64,000 bases of DNA from Camelus ferus (lineage: Eukaryota): the NCBI RefSeq assembly GCF_009834535.1, contig NC_045696.1, positions 98,830,001 to 98,894,000 on the forward strand, read 5' to 3'. Of the stretch, positions 63,560 to 64,000 are shown one piece after another; the first letter of the stretch is position 1, and each line of letters opens with the position of its first letter. The notes below the pieces were generated by a model. That model searched no databases. It had not been told where the DNA came from and worked only from the letters and a program-made list of their open reading frames with translations. A program made the translations under genes and the position numbers.

Positions 63560-64000
63560 TTATAAGTTGGGCTTAATATGTCAGCTACATATAATAAAAT
63601 ATATAAAAAACTTATTCAACTCTCTGGCTAAACTGCCATATATTTTTAATTTAAGTGAGAAAATGTATACATATTGCACTTAGTGAATTATAATAAGAAT
63701 TATAACCTACAGAGTAGATAAAATTAAATAAGTTGATAGTGTTATAGATCATTTATAGCATTATTTCTGTTTATTTCCTGTTTCATTTTGCAGGAGGATT
63801 TAAAGATGTCTACATAAATACTGGTGATACGAAAGGATTAATAGCCAAAGAAATCTGATTGAAGGGAAAATGTGATTAAGAAAAAAAGTCCATGAGAGGG
63901 ATAAGCCTGCAAAATGCATAGTAAATGTTCCTATAGAAGTAAGAGCACTGGGTCATGAATTTAGCTCAAATTTCATGTATGTAAAGTAAAATCATAGTGT

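Noticed and set aside
1..64000. Known miRNA, snoRNA, rRNA or a named host gene
   Set aside because: I did not recognise any mature miRNA, box C/D or H/ACA structure, or coding exon by eye; an Rfam/miRBase/BLAST search is needed to exclude them formally.

Overview
This is AT-rich, CpG-depleted mammalian genomic DNA. It is most probably camelid (alpaca/llama/camel), inferred from three tRNA-Ala-derived Vic-1-like SINEs with target-site duplications. I find no protein-coding gene, RNA gene, CRISPR array or prokaryotic system that I can support; the window reads as intronic or intergenic. Much of it is old interspersed repeat: MIR, L2, MaLR/MLT1, ERV1 and ERVL solo LTRs, several L1 fragments (including a ~5.6 kb L1ME-like relic with nested younger insertions), and hAT DNA transposons (MER94, MER58A and a ~1.4 kb Charlie-type element with transposase remnants). 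Repeat-poor stretches at ~3.3-8.3 kb, ~12.6-18.6 kb and ~52-55 kb contain a small CpG-rich patch, motif clusters and splice-like signals, and are the best candidates for regulatory or lncRNA function. Repeat family names come from my recall of consensus sequences, not from a database search, and most boundaries are approximate unless a TSD or TIR is quoted. I found no convincing novel biological system; the findings are hypotheses.
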